Counted from the first letter of the stretch, positions 1 to 12,142 are shown. The stretch is 64,000 nucleotides of DNA from Spirochaetia bacterium (GCA_034520965.1 JAXHMY010000002.1:480001-544000), one strand, 5' to 3'. Made by a program: numbers and translations. Notes: generated by a model not told the origin, from the sequence alone.

Positions 1-135
1 AATTTTATAGAAGAGGCCAACGCAGGCAAGGGTATGCGATATCCGGTGTGGATAAAACCTTATATTCGATATGTCCTCCCGCTTATAATCCTCTTTGTCT
101 TCGTGCAGGGTTATATCGATAAGTTTTTCAGCTAA
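1..135 (+). CDS. 3' end of a probable sodium-dependent (NSS/SNF family) transporter, partial
   Basis: Frame 1 reads NFIEEANAGKGMRYPVWIKPYIRYVLPLIILFVFVQGYIDKFFS*, resembling bacterial NSS transporter C-termini. Confidence 0.6.
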   Translation, partial: NFIEEANAGKGMRYPVWIKPYIRYVLPLIILFVFVQGYIDKFFS

Positions 136-162
136 TCTACTTTAGTTTTCATTCCTACGGAT

Positions 163-190
163 ACGGCAGCCATGACGGCTGCCGTTTTCA
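163..190 (+). terminator. intrinsic terminator
   Basis: acggcagcc-atgac-ggctgccgt hairpin followed by a T run, just after the stop at 135. Confidence 0.65.
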
Positions 191-261
191 TTTGAATGCG
201 TACACATCCCCCGGTATAGTCGTAATGTCCGTGGGCTGAGCGCAGACAACTCCCAAAAAGA

Positions 262-298
262 AGGGCTGTCCGATGTTACATCGAACAGCCCTAAAAAG
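262..298 (-). terminator. intrinsic terminator of the TRAP operon
   Basis: agggctgtccgatg-tta-catcgaacagccct inverted repeat flanked by A runs, downstream of dctM. Confidence 0.6.
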
Positions 299-328
299 AG
301 ACTAAAAGGAGTGAGGGTATGGGGAATA

Positions 329-1673
329 TTACCGTGCGGCGCCGATCAATTTCTCGGGCAGCCAGGTGATAATTTCGGGGAAGACAGTACACAAAACAAT
401 TGTAAACATTATAATCAACACAAAGGGGATAACTCCCTTGATGATGTGGGCCATGGTAAGACCTAACTCTGGGGGAGCGGCGCCCTTCATTACAAAGATC
501 GACATCGCCATCGGCGGAGTTTGAAAAGCCATCTGCAGGTTAATACAAATCATTATTCCAGCCCAAAGCGGATTAAAACCGAGTTCGGTTAAAATCGGCG
601 AGAAAATCGGCACAATGATAAATACAATTCCGATCCATTCAATAAACAGACCCAAAAGAAATACAATAACCATTATTACGGCAAAGGAAGCCCATCGTCC
701 GCCGGGCACGGAAAGAATTAATGCGCTTACCACATCACCGGCGCCGGCGCTCATAAAAATACCGACAAAGGCATAACAGAGGGCTGCAATCATCACTACA
801 AAAGCACTTACCCGAAGGGTTTCCAAGGATGCATGCTTTATCAGCTGCCAGCTGAATTTACCATACATTACCGCAAGTAATAGTGATGCTACACCACCCA
901 CTGCAGCCGCTTCAGTCGGAGGGGCAATTCCTGCGAATATTGTTCCGAGTACTGCCAGAATGAGCAGCACCGGGGGTAATAACGATTTGAGTAATTTTAT
1001 AAACTTTTCCAGAGTAAAGCCGGTAATCTGATCTTTCGGAATAGCCGGCCCATATCTGGTTAAAGTGACAAAGAATCAATACATAAGCAATATACAAACT
1101 CGATAGAATAAGTCCCGGGAATATAGCGCCCATGAACATCTGTCCAATCGAGATACCTGCCTGGGGTCCATACACTACCAGCATAATACTCGGCGGTATC
1201 AGTATATGCCTAGAGTACCGGAAGCCACAATAGTTCCTGCGAGCTAGGGATTTATCGTACCCCCGCGATACCATCGGTTCGAGAGCAATCAAAGTCAGAA
1301 TTGTGACCGAAGCTGCAATTACTCCTAAGCAGGCTGCTAAAATAGTACCAAAAACTATGGTAACCAGCGCAACCCGCCCTTTAAGACCTAATGCTTCGTA
1401 CAGGTTCTGATACAGATCTTTGGTAATACCAGAATGCTGCAGAACCACCCCATAAAGGTAAATAGGGGAACCGCTAAATAGGGATAATTGAGGGATAAGC
1501 CGTAAAATCGGCTGTACAGAATATGATAGGTGGTATCAGGTCCAAATACCAAGAAACCAACGATAAAGGCCACACTTCCAATTACAAAGGCAATCGGAAA
1601 ACCAGTCAAAACAAGTGTAAACACCCGACCAAGCATGAGGAACTGCAACAATTTCAGCGCTTAGTTCAATCAA
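329..1673 (-). CDS. dctM: TRAP transporter large permease (DctM), split into three ORFs by indels
   Basis: Fragments 1388-1651, 912-1448 and 329-970 carry GFPIAF, LAVPLFTFMG, LIPPSIMLVVYG, PTEAAAVG, NLQMAFQTPP motifs. Confidence 0.9.
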
Positions 1674-2184
1674 TTGATTCACCTCTCATTACGAAATAAG
1701 TATCCCGGATGAACCTTGCGATTCCCTGAAGAAGTAACAGTAAAAGCCCAACGGCAAATATAGTTCGATAGGGAGCCGCCGGGGGGTACCAGAAACTGTT
1801 GGTAAATACTTCGTCAGTTTTCCACGCCTTAATTGACCATTCGGTTGCAACTTTAAACATGATGGTCATTAAAGGAAAAAAGAACAGAAGCGAACAGACA
1901 ATGTCAATCCAGGCCTGGGTACGTTTTGAAAGCATCGAGTAAATCAAATCTACCCGGGTATGCGAATGCGTGCAGATACACATAGGAAGCTCCCAGCAGG
2001 TACACGGCACCCCCTGCCATGCAGAGGGTGTCGTATGCCCAGATGGTGGGCGCATTGAAAAAGTGCCGGGAATAGTTTCATAGGCGCCCACCAGTACCAG
2101 GAGGAAAGCAAACCATTTCCCCAGCGCTCCGGCCTTTTCACTCAGAAAATCGATGTATTTTAATAACTTCGTTAAAATGGTCAT
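1666..2184 (-). CDS. dctQ: TRAP transporter small permease (DctQ), internal compensating frameshifts
   Basis: HTRVDLIY motif, hydrophobic helices, position between dctP and dctM. Confidence 0.85.
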   Translation of the reverse strand: MTILTKLLKYIDFLSEKAGALGKWFAFLLVLVGAYETIPGTFSMRPPSGHTTPSAWQGVPCTCWELPMCICTHSHTRVDLIYSMLSKRTQAWIDIVCSLLFFFPLMTIMFKVATEWSIKAWKTDEVFTNSFWYPPAAPYRTIFAVGLLLLLLQGIARFIRDTYFVMRGESID

Positions 2185-2201
2185 GCTTTACCTCCTGAAA
2201 C

Positions 2202-3293
2202 CTATTTCATAGCGTTATATGCGTCGCCGACTCTTTCATGGAGTAATAGATTTCGCTGTAAATACCACCTAACTCTTCGCTTTCTCTCATAGAACTCGTT
2301 GGCAGTTTTCAGCAGTTCCTTTTCAATTTAAGCGGGAACTTTTCGTACTTCATTCCCCTCTTCTCTGAACTTATCCACAGCTTGCACCGATTCATATACC
2401 AGATACTCGTGCTGAGCCTGGGTGTGTTTGTCGATCTCGGCCTGTACGATTTCCTGAAGATCCTCCGGCAGTGCGTTCCAGGAATCTTTATTTACAAAGA
2501 ACACCTGCGGATCGCTCGGTGCCCGGGTCGGAGAAAGATACACATCAGTCGGCCACTTCGTAGAAACTCGTACTCATAGTGGTTCAGATGCCGAGGGTTG
2601 AATATTCAAAGGCATCGATAGTCCCGCGCTGCATGGCTTCGTAAAGTTCGCCTCCGGGGATAATCACTGTTGCTGCACCCATGCGCTTGAATTTCTCCGC
2701 CGTCGGCCCATACAACGAGCCTTCAGGCCCTTGATATCGTCCATGCTGTTGGGGTTCTACCTTGGAGTGAAAAAACACTTCTGCAGGCAGGGGCAAAAGG
2801 GCTGCAGGAAAGGTCATGGTATTATCGTCGCCCATCATTTTGTTCATTAGGTCGGCCCCGCCGCCGAAGTTAAACCAGGAACGCAGCGCTTCGCCGGGCA
2901 GTCCCGCCGGGCGGGAGCTGATCAGTCCAGGCTGCCGGCCATTTGTCGAGGTTGTACATCGGGCAGGTGTAGGCCATATCGAGCACCCCTTCATGCACCA
3001 GCATCCCGGCTACTTTATAGGCTGGTACGATCGATCCACCTACAAAGGGCTTTACGGTCAGTCAACCATCGGTGGCTTTTGTGATAGCATTACGATAGTT
3101 TGTCATGAATCGCAGATCTGCGGACGGGTACGCTCGCAGGCCCGTGTCCTGATGACTTCCACACAAACGTTTCTCTCTCCGGGGCAGCCTCACCATCTGC
3201 GCTGCTTCCGGCACCGCTTTTTGACACGACATTAGTGTGAAGGCCGTTAAATCCGACCAACAACACTCCAGAATTTTTTTCTTGTTATCTCAT
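2202..3293 (-). CDS. dctP: TRAP substrate-binding protein (DctP), heavily frameshifted
   Basis: Fragments with IPGGELYEAMQRGTIDAFEY and VNKDSWNALPEDLQEIV; AGGAGG upstream of ATG at 3293; boundaries approximate. Confidence 0.8.
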
Positions 3294-3390
3294 CCTGTTT
3301 CCTCCTAAAAAAGAAAATTCCAATATCTTCATGAGTCCTACGGTGAACCGCAGCGCTCATACTCCCTATATAATGAGCGACTTCCAGGTA

Positions 3391-4205
3391 CTATTTTTGG
3401 AAATACCGGTCTTCTGCGACAACAAGTTTTGACATAGCGCCTTCTCCGGTACAATGGGAGACTCCAATAATACCCATATCTTCGTTTGTCAGGTACTCAA
3501 CCGCCTTATCCATACTCACACTGCTCGCTTCTTCTCGATGAGTGCCGCCAACAACGGCGTACACTGGTTTTCTAAGCAACTTTCTTACATGATCAAGCAT
3601 ATTCCTCACCCCCGGATGGGAACATCCAAGCAACACTACTATTCCTTTAGGGGTATCAAGTGCAATCAAAACTTCGTCATTAAACAGATCCTGATGAAAC
3701 TCTCCGTTCTGCAGTATTTGAATCCACAGCCGCGGGCTAAGTACCTCATCCTGATTTATTCTTGGAAAATTAGTGATTACATATACTCCCGGCAGAATCT
3801 CACTCATATCTTTACTTACAAATTGATAGGAGAGCCCCTTTTCCTTGAGAAAGGGTTCATCAAACCTATTACCCAGATACTCATATGAGTTTCCGCTAAC
3901 CCCGTATTTCTCAGCTGAAGAGAAACCGCTTCCGGGATATCAACTCGAAAACCCCTTGTCACTTCGCAGAGGGGCACTAAGCCTCCCGAATGATCGTAAT
4001 GTCCGTGGCTTAACACCACATAGTCTAGATTGGAAAGGTCAATTTTTAGCTGCTCGGCATTGTACATAAATGAGTCACTCTGACCTGTATCAAATAAGAT
4101 TTTGTGTGACCCTGCCTCTATGTAAAAAGAAAGGCCATGTTCATTCTTCAGGGCAAGATGTTCGCCTAAAGAATTCTCAACCAGTGTAGTTATACGTATT
4201 TTCAT
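3391..4205 (-). CDS. MBL-fold metallo-hydrolase, frameshifted
   Basis: EHGLSFYIE, ILFDTGQS, LSHGHYDHSGG, GCSHPG, GGTH and SHCTG motifs across ORFs 3816-4205 and 3391-3807. Confidence 0.85.
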
Positions 4206-4931
4206 TCTTCTTCCCTTTTCATTGAAGCTCGAATATCAGCTACCGCATTGTTCAAGTGTGCGATCATGCTCGCCTCGGCCTTTTCCGGGTTTCGATTTTT
4301 AATTGCCTCTAAAATCAGCTTATGCTCTTCAACGGTCTTCTCTACTCGGCCGGGCACATGTAGACTGGAAATCCACACCTCCCGAGAGAATTGGTCATGG
4401 TCTTCATCACAAAACACAGGGTTTTGTTTTGGTGAGCTGGTGCCCAATAAGACGATGAAACTCTTCATCACATTTGATTAATGCAGCGGTATTCTTCTCT
4501 TTTGTCTCATCGTTAGAAATCTTTACACACCTCTTCCATTTTTTTGATATCCGAGTTGGTATCAGCGTTTGTTGCAGGATGCTGCGGCCGCTTCAGGTAA
4601 AATGATTCCGGCACCTCAAAATGTTCGATTGTGAAACCAGTTTCGTTATCTTTAAGCCAGACTGGAAAAAGCTTTTCCATTTTCCTGCTCTCATGGAGTC
4701 AGGAAATAAAAATACCCCTTCCATGCTGAACAGTCACTAAACCGGTAGCTTCCAGATATTCGAACAGCCTCTCGGATGGAGGAGCGACTAACCCCTAACT
4801 TTTTGGTAAGCTCATTTTACTCAGATAAAATTTACTGGCACCCCGAATTCAAAATTCTCTTCGACAATCACTTTCTGATCGCCTCGATGGTTCTCTTCCG
4901 ACAGCCTGGCCTTCTCTTTATTGGCTACCAT
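4202..4931 (-). CDS. GntR/FadR-family transcriptional regulator, frameshifted
   Basis: Minus strand gives LGVSRSSIREAVR..LEATGLVTVQHGRGIF (winged HTH) and C-terminal EEHKLILEAIKNRNPEKAEASMIAHL (FCD domain). Confidence 0.85.
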
Positions 4932-5134
4932 TGTTTATCCCTTAGACTCAATTACTAAAAAACTCACCTGATGTCTACTTATCAGACAAGCTTCGATTTT
5001 ATACGTAAATCGCTTTTTTTGATAATCCGCTCAATGCAAAAACGAATCGTTTTTTGGGGTTTTTTGGGGTGACCGGACAATTGCCGCTTTCAACTTGACA
5101 GCTCCCCTCGGAACGCCTATCTGGGGGAGCCGGT

Positions 5135-6152
5135 ATGAAAGCTGAAATAGATAATACTGCACTCCCCCTTTTGCTTCCCCGAGCTACTTCGGGGGGCATT
5201 CTTATGGGACTGGCCAACCTGGTTTCCGGGAGTTAGCGGGCGGGACTATGCTTGCTGGCCGCCAGGTCCTGCTCGCGGATCTTATCGGCGCGGTGGCGGA
5301 CCTTACCGCGCTGCGCTGTCGCTCCCGCTCGGTGCTGGTGGTAGGAACGGTGGCAGGCTCACGGCGGCCCTCGGTATTCTGCTTAGCGGCCCGGGTTGAA
5401 GAGCTTGTGGTGGGCTACCCGCTGGATTGCCCCTACAGCTTGTTTATCGGCCTTACCCTGCGGGCGGTGTGCCGGTACTAAAAAGGATCATCGGACCTGT
5501 TAGCCGCAGCGTGCTGTGGGGCGCTCTGGCCGGTTTTGCCGGCATGGCCGCACTGGCCTGGCTGCCCGCAATACGGTTCGGCCGGCGCGGGCGCCTCCGG
5601 CAGCAACTGGATAATGATGCTCTTGGCGGGCTTGGCCGGTGCAAGTGCAATGATTCTTCCCGGCATCAGCGGCGGATACCTGCTGCTGATACTCGGCCAG
5701 TATATCCCCATTCTCTCTGCGCTCGACCAGTTTACCCGTGCTCTAGGGGCCGGTGACCTGAGCACTCTGGGAGAAATCGGCTTTGCAGTTATCGCTTCCG
5801 GTCGGGCTTGGTCTGGTGATTGGGATCACGCGGAGTTGAGCAACCTGCTTGCTGCTGCTGACCCGCTACCGACAGGCGACCCTCGGGGTACTGGTAGGCT
5901 TGCTGCTGGGAGCAGTGGTTGGCCTGTGGCCCTTTCAGGAGACGGTAAAACCGCAACCCGGTTATGTGTATCAGGGGCAGGAGCTAAACAGTGCCCAGAT
6001 TGAGGAGCTTTCCGCCGATGAGTACCCCTACCGACTTTTCAAGCCCACCGCCGGACAGGTCGGCGCATCGCTGCTGCTGATCGGGGCGGGAATTGCAGCA
6101 ACCTCTGCGATTTCTTTAATTGAAAAACGAAGCGGGGAAAAAAAGCGGATAA
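5135..6152 (+). CDS. DUF368 family membrane protein (undecaprenyl-phosphate translocase family), frameshifted
   Basis: GGILMGLANL..G.SGGTM and AMILPGISGGYLLLILGQY repeats typical of DUF368; end approximate. Confidence 0.8.
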
Positions 6153-6169
6153 AGTGGAAAAACGCCGCT

Positions 6170-6700
6170 CCGTCATATCTCACATGTTCCTTTAGGGTTT
6201 TGTCGGCGGAAAAGAGATTCTCCTTGTTGAAGATCAGCCCGGCCCTTTCCGGAGAACTGAGCTTTAACAATACTGCGCATTCCTGGGCTGCAGCTTGTAT
6301 CTATCCTGGTGGCTCAGCTGCAAGGGCGGCGTGGAGTTGTACAGAAAAAACCAAGCCCAATTTGTACCATCAAGTTTCCTGCTGCGCGCCTCATCTGATA
6401 GTCCCTATCGTGGTAATCCAGCAGCCCTTTTAGCCGCTGGGGAAAATCGGTAAACACTTCCGCCTCTTCGTTTAAGGTATCTGCGCTGGATACCGCATCT
6501 CTTATCAGCAATTTTGAAGGCTGCAATAGCCTTGGAGCTGGGGTTGTAGGAGTCTGCACCGAGGCTGCCAGCAAAAGCGGTTTATTGAGAAGCTGCGGGT
6601 AGTAAACCGGTATTCGGATTCTGTTTCCGGTGAAAATCCGACGTGACAGGTGCAAAATTTTCAGTATTATTTTATCGATCCCTTGATCCGCAACTTTTTT
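6170..6700 (-). CDS. hypothetical protein, probably frameshifted
   Basis: Overlapping minus-strand ORF pieces (6314-6655, part of 6028-6270); no motif recognised. Confidence 0.3.
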
Positions 6701-6810
6701 GGGCTATCATAACCGCGAATCGCGCACTGGCATCTGAGAAATTGGGAAAGTATCCGGATTTCAAGGAGCAGGCGAGACGAAAATTTTATCTTATCCAGAG
6801 GTAGGTACTG

Positions 6811-7077
6811 ATGGAGAAGAGGATTGGATCGGTCATTATATTAGTTGAAGACCGCTCTCAAATACCCGCCCTCAACACACTTTTCACCGAATACTGCGAC
6901 ATCGTTATCGGCAGGCAGGGGCTTCCGCTGCACAGACGCGGAATAAGTGTAATTTCTATTATTGTGGAAGGCAGCACCGATGAAATCGGCGCCCTTACCG
7001 GAAAGATTGGAAAAATGAAGGGACTGAAGGTAAAATCCGTGCTCACATCGTACCGTCAAAGCACGGATGAACAGTGA
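6811..7077 (+). CDS. TM1266-family putative iron-only hydrogenase system regulator (ACT-like)
   Basis: RIGSVIILVEDR...IVIGRQGLP...ISVISIIVEGSTDEIGALTGKIGKMKGLKVKS, directly upstream of hydE. Confidence 0.88.
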   Translation: MEKRIGSVIILVEDRSQIPALNTLFTEYCDIVIGRQGLPLHRRGISVISIIVEGSTDEIGALTGKIGKMKGLKVKSVLTSYRQSTDEQ

Positions 7078-8080
7078 TACTATAAGGCACCTACTTACAT
7101 CACAAAAACCACGCGAGACAGCTGAACTGTACCAGCGAGCTCAAGGTGATCTGTACCGAACACTGCGGTACCGGTGTCATCCTGCGGGGCATCGTCGAGT
7201 TCTCAAACTACTGCCGCAATAGCTGCAAGTACTGTGGCCTTCGGCGGCAGAACCGCCGTCTGCGACGCTACCGTCTGAGTAACGATGAAATATTGAAAGC
7301 AGTGGAGAATACTGTACCGGCAAGGTATCGGTCACGGTGGTGCTCCAATCCGGTGAAGACCCCTCTCTCTCTTCGGACCGTTTAGCCAGGCTCATAGAAC
7401 GGATAAAGCGGAATTACAGTTTGGCGGTGACCCTGTCCGTCGGGGAGTGGTCCTTTTCGCACTACAAAAAATGGCGCTCCGCCGGTGCCGACCGCTATTT
7501 GCTAAAGATAGAGACCACCGATAGCGGGCTCTACCGGGCCCTGCACCCCGGCATGGACTATTTCGAACGCCTGCGCTGTCTCGATGCCCTGGATGAGCTG
7601 GGCTACCAGAGCGGTTCGGGAATCATCATCGGCCTTCCCGGCCAGACGATCGAATCAATCGCCGAAGATTTGAACTTTCTTATGCCCGCGACTTTGACAT
7701 GATCAGTATCGGCCCCTTTATTCCCCATCCGCAAACCCCGCTGGCCCCGCAGCCGCCGGGCTCGATCGACACCACCTGCACGGCAATCGCCGTTACCAGA
7801 TGCTTGACGAAGAACGCCCACATTCCGGCCACCTCTGCCCTGGCAGCCTCGTCGACGGATTATCGCTACCGGGCCTTGTTGCGCCGGGCCAATGTCATCA
7901 TGCCCAATTTCACTCCCCCCGCCTCCGCGCGTTATTACGATATTTACCCCATAGTGGAAGAGAAAAACCGAATCAGAGCGGAGCCTGGCCACGGCTGTTC
8001 AGCAGATACTCAAAGCCGATAAAGAGGTTGCGTGGATTACCCGGGGGGACTCATTAAAACAGAAAAGGACAACCAGTCAT
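7067..8080 (+). CDS. hydE: [FeFe]-hydrogenase maturase, radical SAM HydE, frameshifted
   Basis: LRGIVEFSNYCRNSCKYCGLR (CX3CX2C), VLQSGED, GADRYLLKIET, IGPFIPHPQTPL, ANVIMPNFTP. Confidence 0.9.
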
Positions 8081-9318
8081 GTTGAAAACACCTAAGTCAC
8101 TCCGGCTGCACATCGGGATATTCGGGAGAACTAACACCGGCAAATCCAGTTTTGTGAATTATGTAAGTGGTCAGGATGTAGCTATTACCTCGGACGTACC
8201 CGGAACTACGACCGATGTAGTGGAAAAAGCGCTGGAGCTGCAGCCGCTGGGCCCGGTAGTGCTGCTGGATACCGCCGGGTCCAGACGACCACTCGGAACT
8301 CGGTAAGCAGCGGATTGAAAAGTCAGCCCGGGTATTGGATCGCTGCGATATCGTGTGTATGGTTCTCGAAGCAGGAGTGTGGACCGAATACGAGGATCGG
8401 CTGGTAGAGCTGCTCAAAACCCGGAAGACTCCGCTCATTTTGATAGTCAACCAAAAGCGACCTCCACTCTTCGAAGGGCCGCTTTTTGCATTTTTTGAAT
8501 AAGTACAGCCCCTATATCCTCTCCTGCTCCAGCCGCGACTCGGCGATGCGGGAGAGCTTCCTGGCGGCCTTCAAAGAGATTCTCATCGAACTGGCCCCCG
8601 CCGACTATCTGCAACCTCCCCGCTGGCCGAGGTACTTTCCCCCGGCGGGCATGCCGTGCTGATAGTTCCAATCGATTTAGAAGCGCCGAAGGGTCGTTTG
8701 ATCCTTCCGCAGGTGCAGAGTATACGGGCGCTTTTAGATGCCAGGGCAGCGGCCAGCGTGGTCAAAGAGACGGATACGCCGCTTTTACTACGACAGCAAG
8801 CCGCCACACCCGACCTGGTCATCTGCAACTCCCAGGTAGTCGACCTCATGGTCCGTGAGACTCCCCAAAGCGTACGGGTGACCACCTTTTCTATTCTCTT
8901 TGCCCGTTATAAGGGCGACCTCATCCGTGCAGCGCAAGGGGCGGGCATTATTAATGAAACTCAAAGATGGCGATAAAGTGCTAATTGCCGAAGCCTGCAG
9001 CCATCATCCGATGGAAGACGACATTGGGCGAGAAAAGATTCCCGCATGGATCGAGGGGTATACAGGCTGTTCCTTAGAGTGGACAGTCGCCGCCGGGAAA
9101 GACTACCGGAAGACCTCGGAGAGTATCGCCTCATAATCCACTGCGGCGGCTGTATGCTCAACCGACGAGCAATGCTGAATCGGATCCAGCACGCAGAGAA
9201 AGCCGCTGTTCCCCTAACAAACTACGGACTGGCCATTGCAACGGCTCATGGTGTCGGAGCGAGGGTGCTGGAAGCCTTCCCCGCCGCACGAGCGGCGTAT
9301 TTGGAGAGTATGCAGTAA
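8079..9318 (+). CDS. hydF: [FeFe]-hydrogenase maturation GTPase HydF, frameshifted
   Basis: RLHIGIFGRTNTGKSS, PGTTTD, DTAG, APKGRLILPQVQ, EACSHH, IHCGGCMLN, TNYG. Confidence 0.93.
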
Positions 9319-9320
9319 GA

Positions 9321-10125
9321 TGATGAACACCATTCTTCGACAGACAGCATTTCCCCTGGCACTAGTAAGCGTCTATCTGCTTGTCTGCACCTTAGACCTG
9401 GTGAATCCCTCTCTGATTCCCGTCCAAGCCAAATAGCAGGAAGTTTTGTAGGCTTAATTGAACAGGGACTCCTGCAACACCACATTGCAATGTCGCTGAA
9501 ACGGGTATTCTGCCGGCTTTCTCATCACCCTGATTATCGCAGTACCACTGGCTATGCTGTTCTATTTTTCGTCAGAGATTTCGCAGTTTTTTATGGGGAC
9601 ACTCCATTTTATTCGCTGCACTCCGCCCCTTGCATTGGTACCCTTGCTAATACTCTGGTTCGGAATAGGAGAAGCGTCAAAACTCGCCTTGATCATCCTG
9701 GCCAGTTTTTTCCCCATCTTTCTCAACACCCTCAGCGGCCTGCAGCAGGTAGACTCGGAGCTCCTGAAAATGGGGGACACACTTGAGTTGAGCAGCTGGG
9801 AGAAGACCGTACACATCCTCATACCCGAGGCACTGCCGACAATCCTCACGGGCATGCGGCTGGCCTTCGGATACAGCTGGCGGGCTTTGATCAGCGCGAG
9901 ATGATTGCGGCGGCCAGCGGTCTGGGGTATATGATTCTGGACTCTCAAGAGCTGGCCCGGAGCGACAGGGTCTTCATTGGAATTCTGACTATCGGACTGC
10001 TCGGGTTGATTATCGACACGCGCTACGCGATGCGGATTATTCACCACCATTTTCCCTGGATAGGAAAGGAGCAGACTGTGAAACGGCTGCCGGCTAAAAA
10101 AGCTCAGCAAATCCTTCCGTGTTGA
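9321..10125 (+). CDS. NitT/TauT/SsuC-type ABC transporter permease, frameshifted
   Basis: PPLALVPLLILWFGIGE, FFPIFLNTLSG, LPTILTGMRLAFGYSW, AAASGLGYMI. Confidence 0.85.
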
Positions 10126-10820
10126 CGGAAGGAACATCAATGCCCTGGATGAAATCGACCTCAGTATCGATAAGGGCGACTTTATCTCCATAGTCGGTTA
10201 CAGCGGCTGCGGAAAGAGTACCCTCCTCAAGACCATTATAGGACTTCTAAAACCCGACGGCGGTCATATGGAGTTCTGCGGGATGGCGGGAAGAACGAGT
10301 ATCGTCTTTCAGGAGCCCCGCTTAATCTCCTCCAAAAGTGTGGAAAAGAACCTGCTGCTGGCCTTAAAACATCAAAAGGACCCCTTTGTGAAGGAGAAGG
10401 TGCTGAACGAGGTGCTTGGGATACTCGGGCTCAGCGCCTTCCGCAAGGCCCTGCCCTGGCAGCTCTCAGGGGGCATGGCGCAAAGAGTGGCCCTGGGACG
10501 GGCACTGTGCCGTCAACCCGAGCTGCTGCTGATGGACGAACCCTTTCGGGGCGTTGGACGCCTTCAACCGCTCCAGACTGCAGCGGAGCTGATCGCAGAT
10601 CTATCAAAAGAGAAATGTCACAATTCTCTTCGTAACCCATGATATCATGAAGCGGTCCTATTGGGAAACAAAATGATCGTATATATCTGCAGGAAAAATT
10701 GTTCGTAACATTGAGGTTCCTCTTTCCCGTCCGCGCAACAAAACATCCGCTGACTTTATATCTATACAGAACGAATTACTTACGACTCTCGTCGAACAGC
10801 GGAGCCGCAATATATATCAT
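10078..10820 (+). CDS. NitT/TauT-type ABC transporter ATP-binding protein, frameshifted
   Basis: GYSGCGKSTLL (Walker A), VFQEPRL, LSGGMAQRVALGRAL, LLLMDEPF; boundaries approximate. Confidence 0.85.
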
Positions 10821-10832
10821 AAGGAGTACTAT

Positions 10833-11794
10833 ATGCGACAGCTTTTCGTCTCAACACTCTTGCTCTTATCCCTGAGCATCTCTGTTTTTGCAGGGGGAAA
10901 TCAGGAAAAGGAGCTCGAAGAAATCAATGTATCCTACGTGAAGTCCCCCTTCAACCTGCCCTCGATTGTAATGAAGGAAAGGGGAATGCTCGAAACCGCC
11001 TTCGCCGACCGGGGAATAGAGGTCCGTTACCACGAAATTACCTCCGGGGCGAAACAGGCGCAAGCCATGGCCGCGGGGTCCCTCGACATCGGAGGGGTAA
11101 TGAATACTACGTCGGTACTGCTGGCCCACAGCGCAGGAAACGATGTGCGAATAATTGCCGGATACAGCCGACCGGTCAAAATTTTTTCTATAGTGAGCGG
11201 GACCCGGGAAATTCGAAACATCGCCGATTTAAAAGGCTCCAAGATTGCCGTGTCCAGAAGGGTACGGTCCTGCACCAGCTTCTCTTAGCGGCGCTGGAGT
11301 CGGAGGGAATGCGCATTCAAAACGTCGAGTTCATCCAGATGGGCCTGCCCCAGGCCTCGACGGCTATGATCGCCGGACAAATCGATGCTGCTCTGCTGGC
11401 CGGCAGTCTGGTGATAAATGCACAAAAACAGGGCGCTCACATCGTCACCACCGCCGAAGGCTATGTCACTCCCAAACTGGTCATCGCTGCCGGGAGAGTT
11501 TCTCGAGGCCCACCCAAGGCGGTACAACTTTACCTCGACGTCCATACATCAGCAATGAACTGGGTCGAACAGAACCTCGAAGAGGCACTGCGCATCGGAG
11601 CCGAGGAACAGGGAATTTCCCTGCAGGAGGCCCGCCGCCTGTACGAGTGGACACAGTTTATAGACTCGCTTACCCCGCAGGATTTAGAGCAATGCGCGAG
11701 GACGTTCAGTTTCATGCTGGATACTGATATGATCTCAGAACAGATGCAGTCCGAAGCCTGCATCGCTGCAGGGGCAATGCCAAAAAAAGAGTAA
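10833..11794 (+). CDS. SsuA/NrtA-type ABC substrate-binding protein, frameshifted
   Basis: Signal peptide ending FAGGNQE, SYVKSPFNLP, ITSGAKQAQAMAAGSLDI, IADLKGSKIA, GQIDAALLAG. Confidence 0.85.
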
Positions 11795-11839
11795 TGTCAA
11801 GAGCCAAAATTCAATAGATAAATAATTGGTGGGTCTTGA

Positions 11840-12142
11840 TCAATCCGGGAGAGAATTCTTCCGCTCTTCCGGATTTTTTGCAGCCCGGTAAAAAATTCCG
11901 ACATTCCCGATAACCCTGACTAAAACCGAATCTGTGGCTTCTTCTAGACTATGGGATAGATCCTGCCTGTCATCCTTGAAATCGATAAACCTGACTTTCA
12001 CAAGCTCGTGGTCGGATAGGGCTTTATCCAGTGAGGCAATAACTCCCTCCCGGAGGCCGTTTTTTCCGATATATACCACAGGCTTAAGTTCCTGAGCCTG
12101 TTTACTCAAGTAACTCCGTTGCTGTCCCTTCAGTTTTTCCAA
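11840..12142 (-). CDS. yhbY: YhbY/CRM-domain RNA-binding protein
   Basis: LKPVVYIGKNGL, ALSDHELVKVRF, VIGNVGIFYR. Confidence 0.92.
   Translation of the reverse strand: MEKLKGQQRSYLSKQAQELKPVVYIGKNGLREGVIASLDKALSDHELVKVRFIDFKDDRQDLSHSLEEATDSVLVRVIGNVGIFYRAAKNPEERKNSLPD

Noticed and set aside
6715..6810. cttatccagag upstream of the TM1266-family gene resembles the start of a SAM-I riboswitch
   Set aside because: It lies only about 10 nt before the start codon and the rest of the aptamer core is absent.
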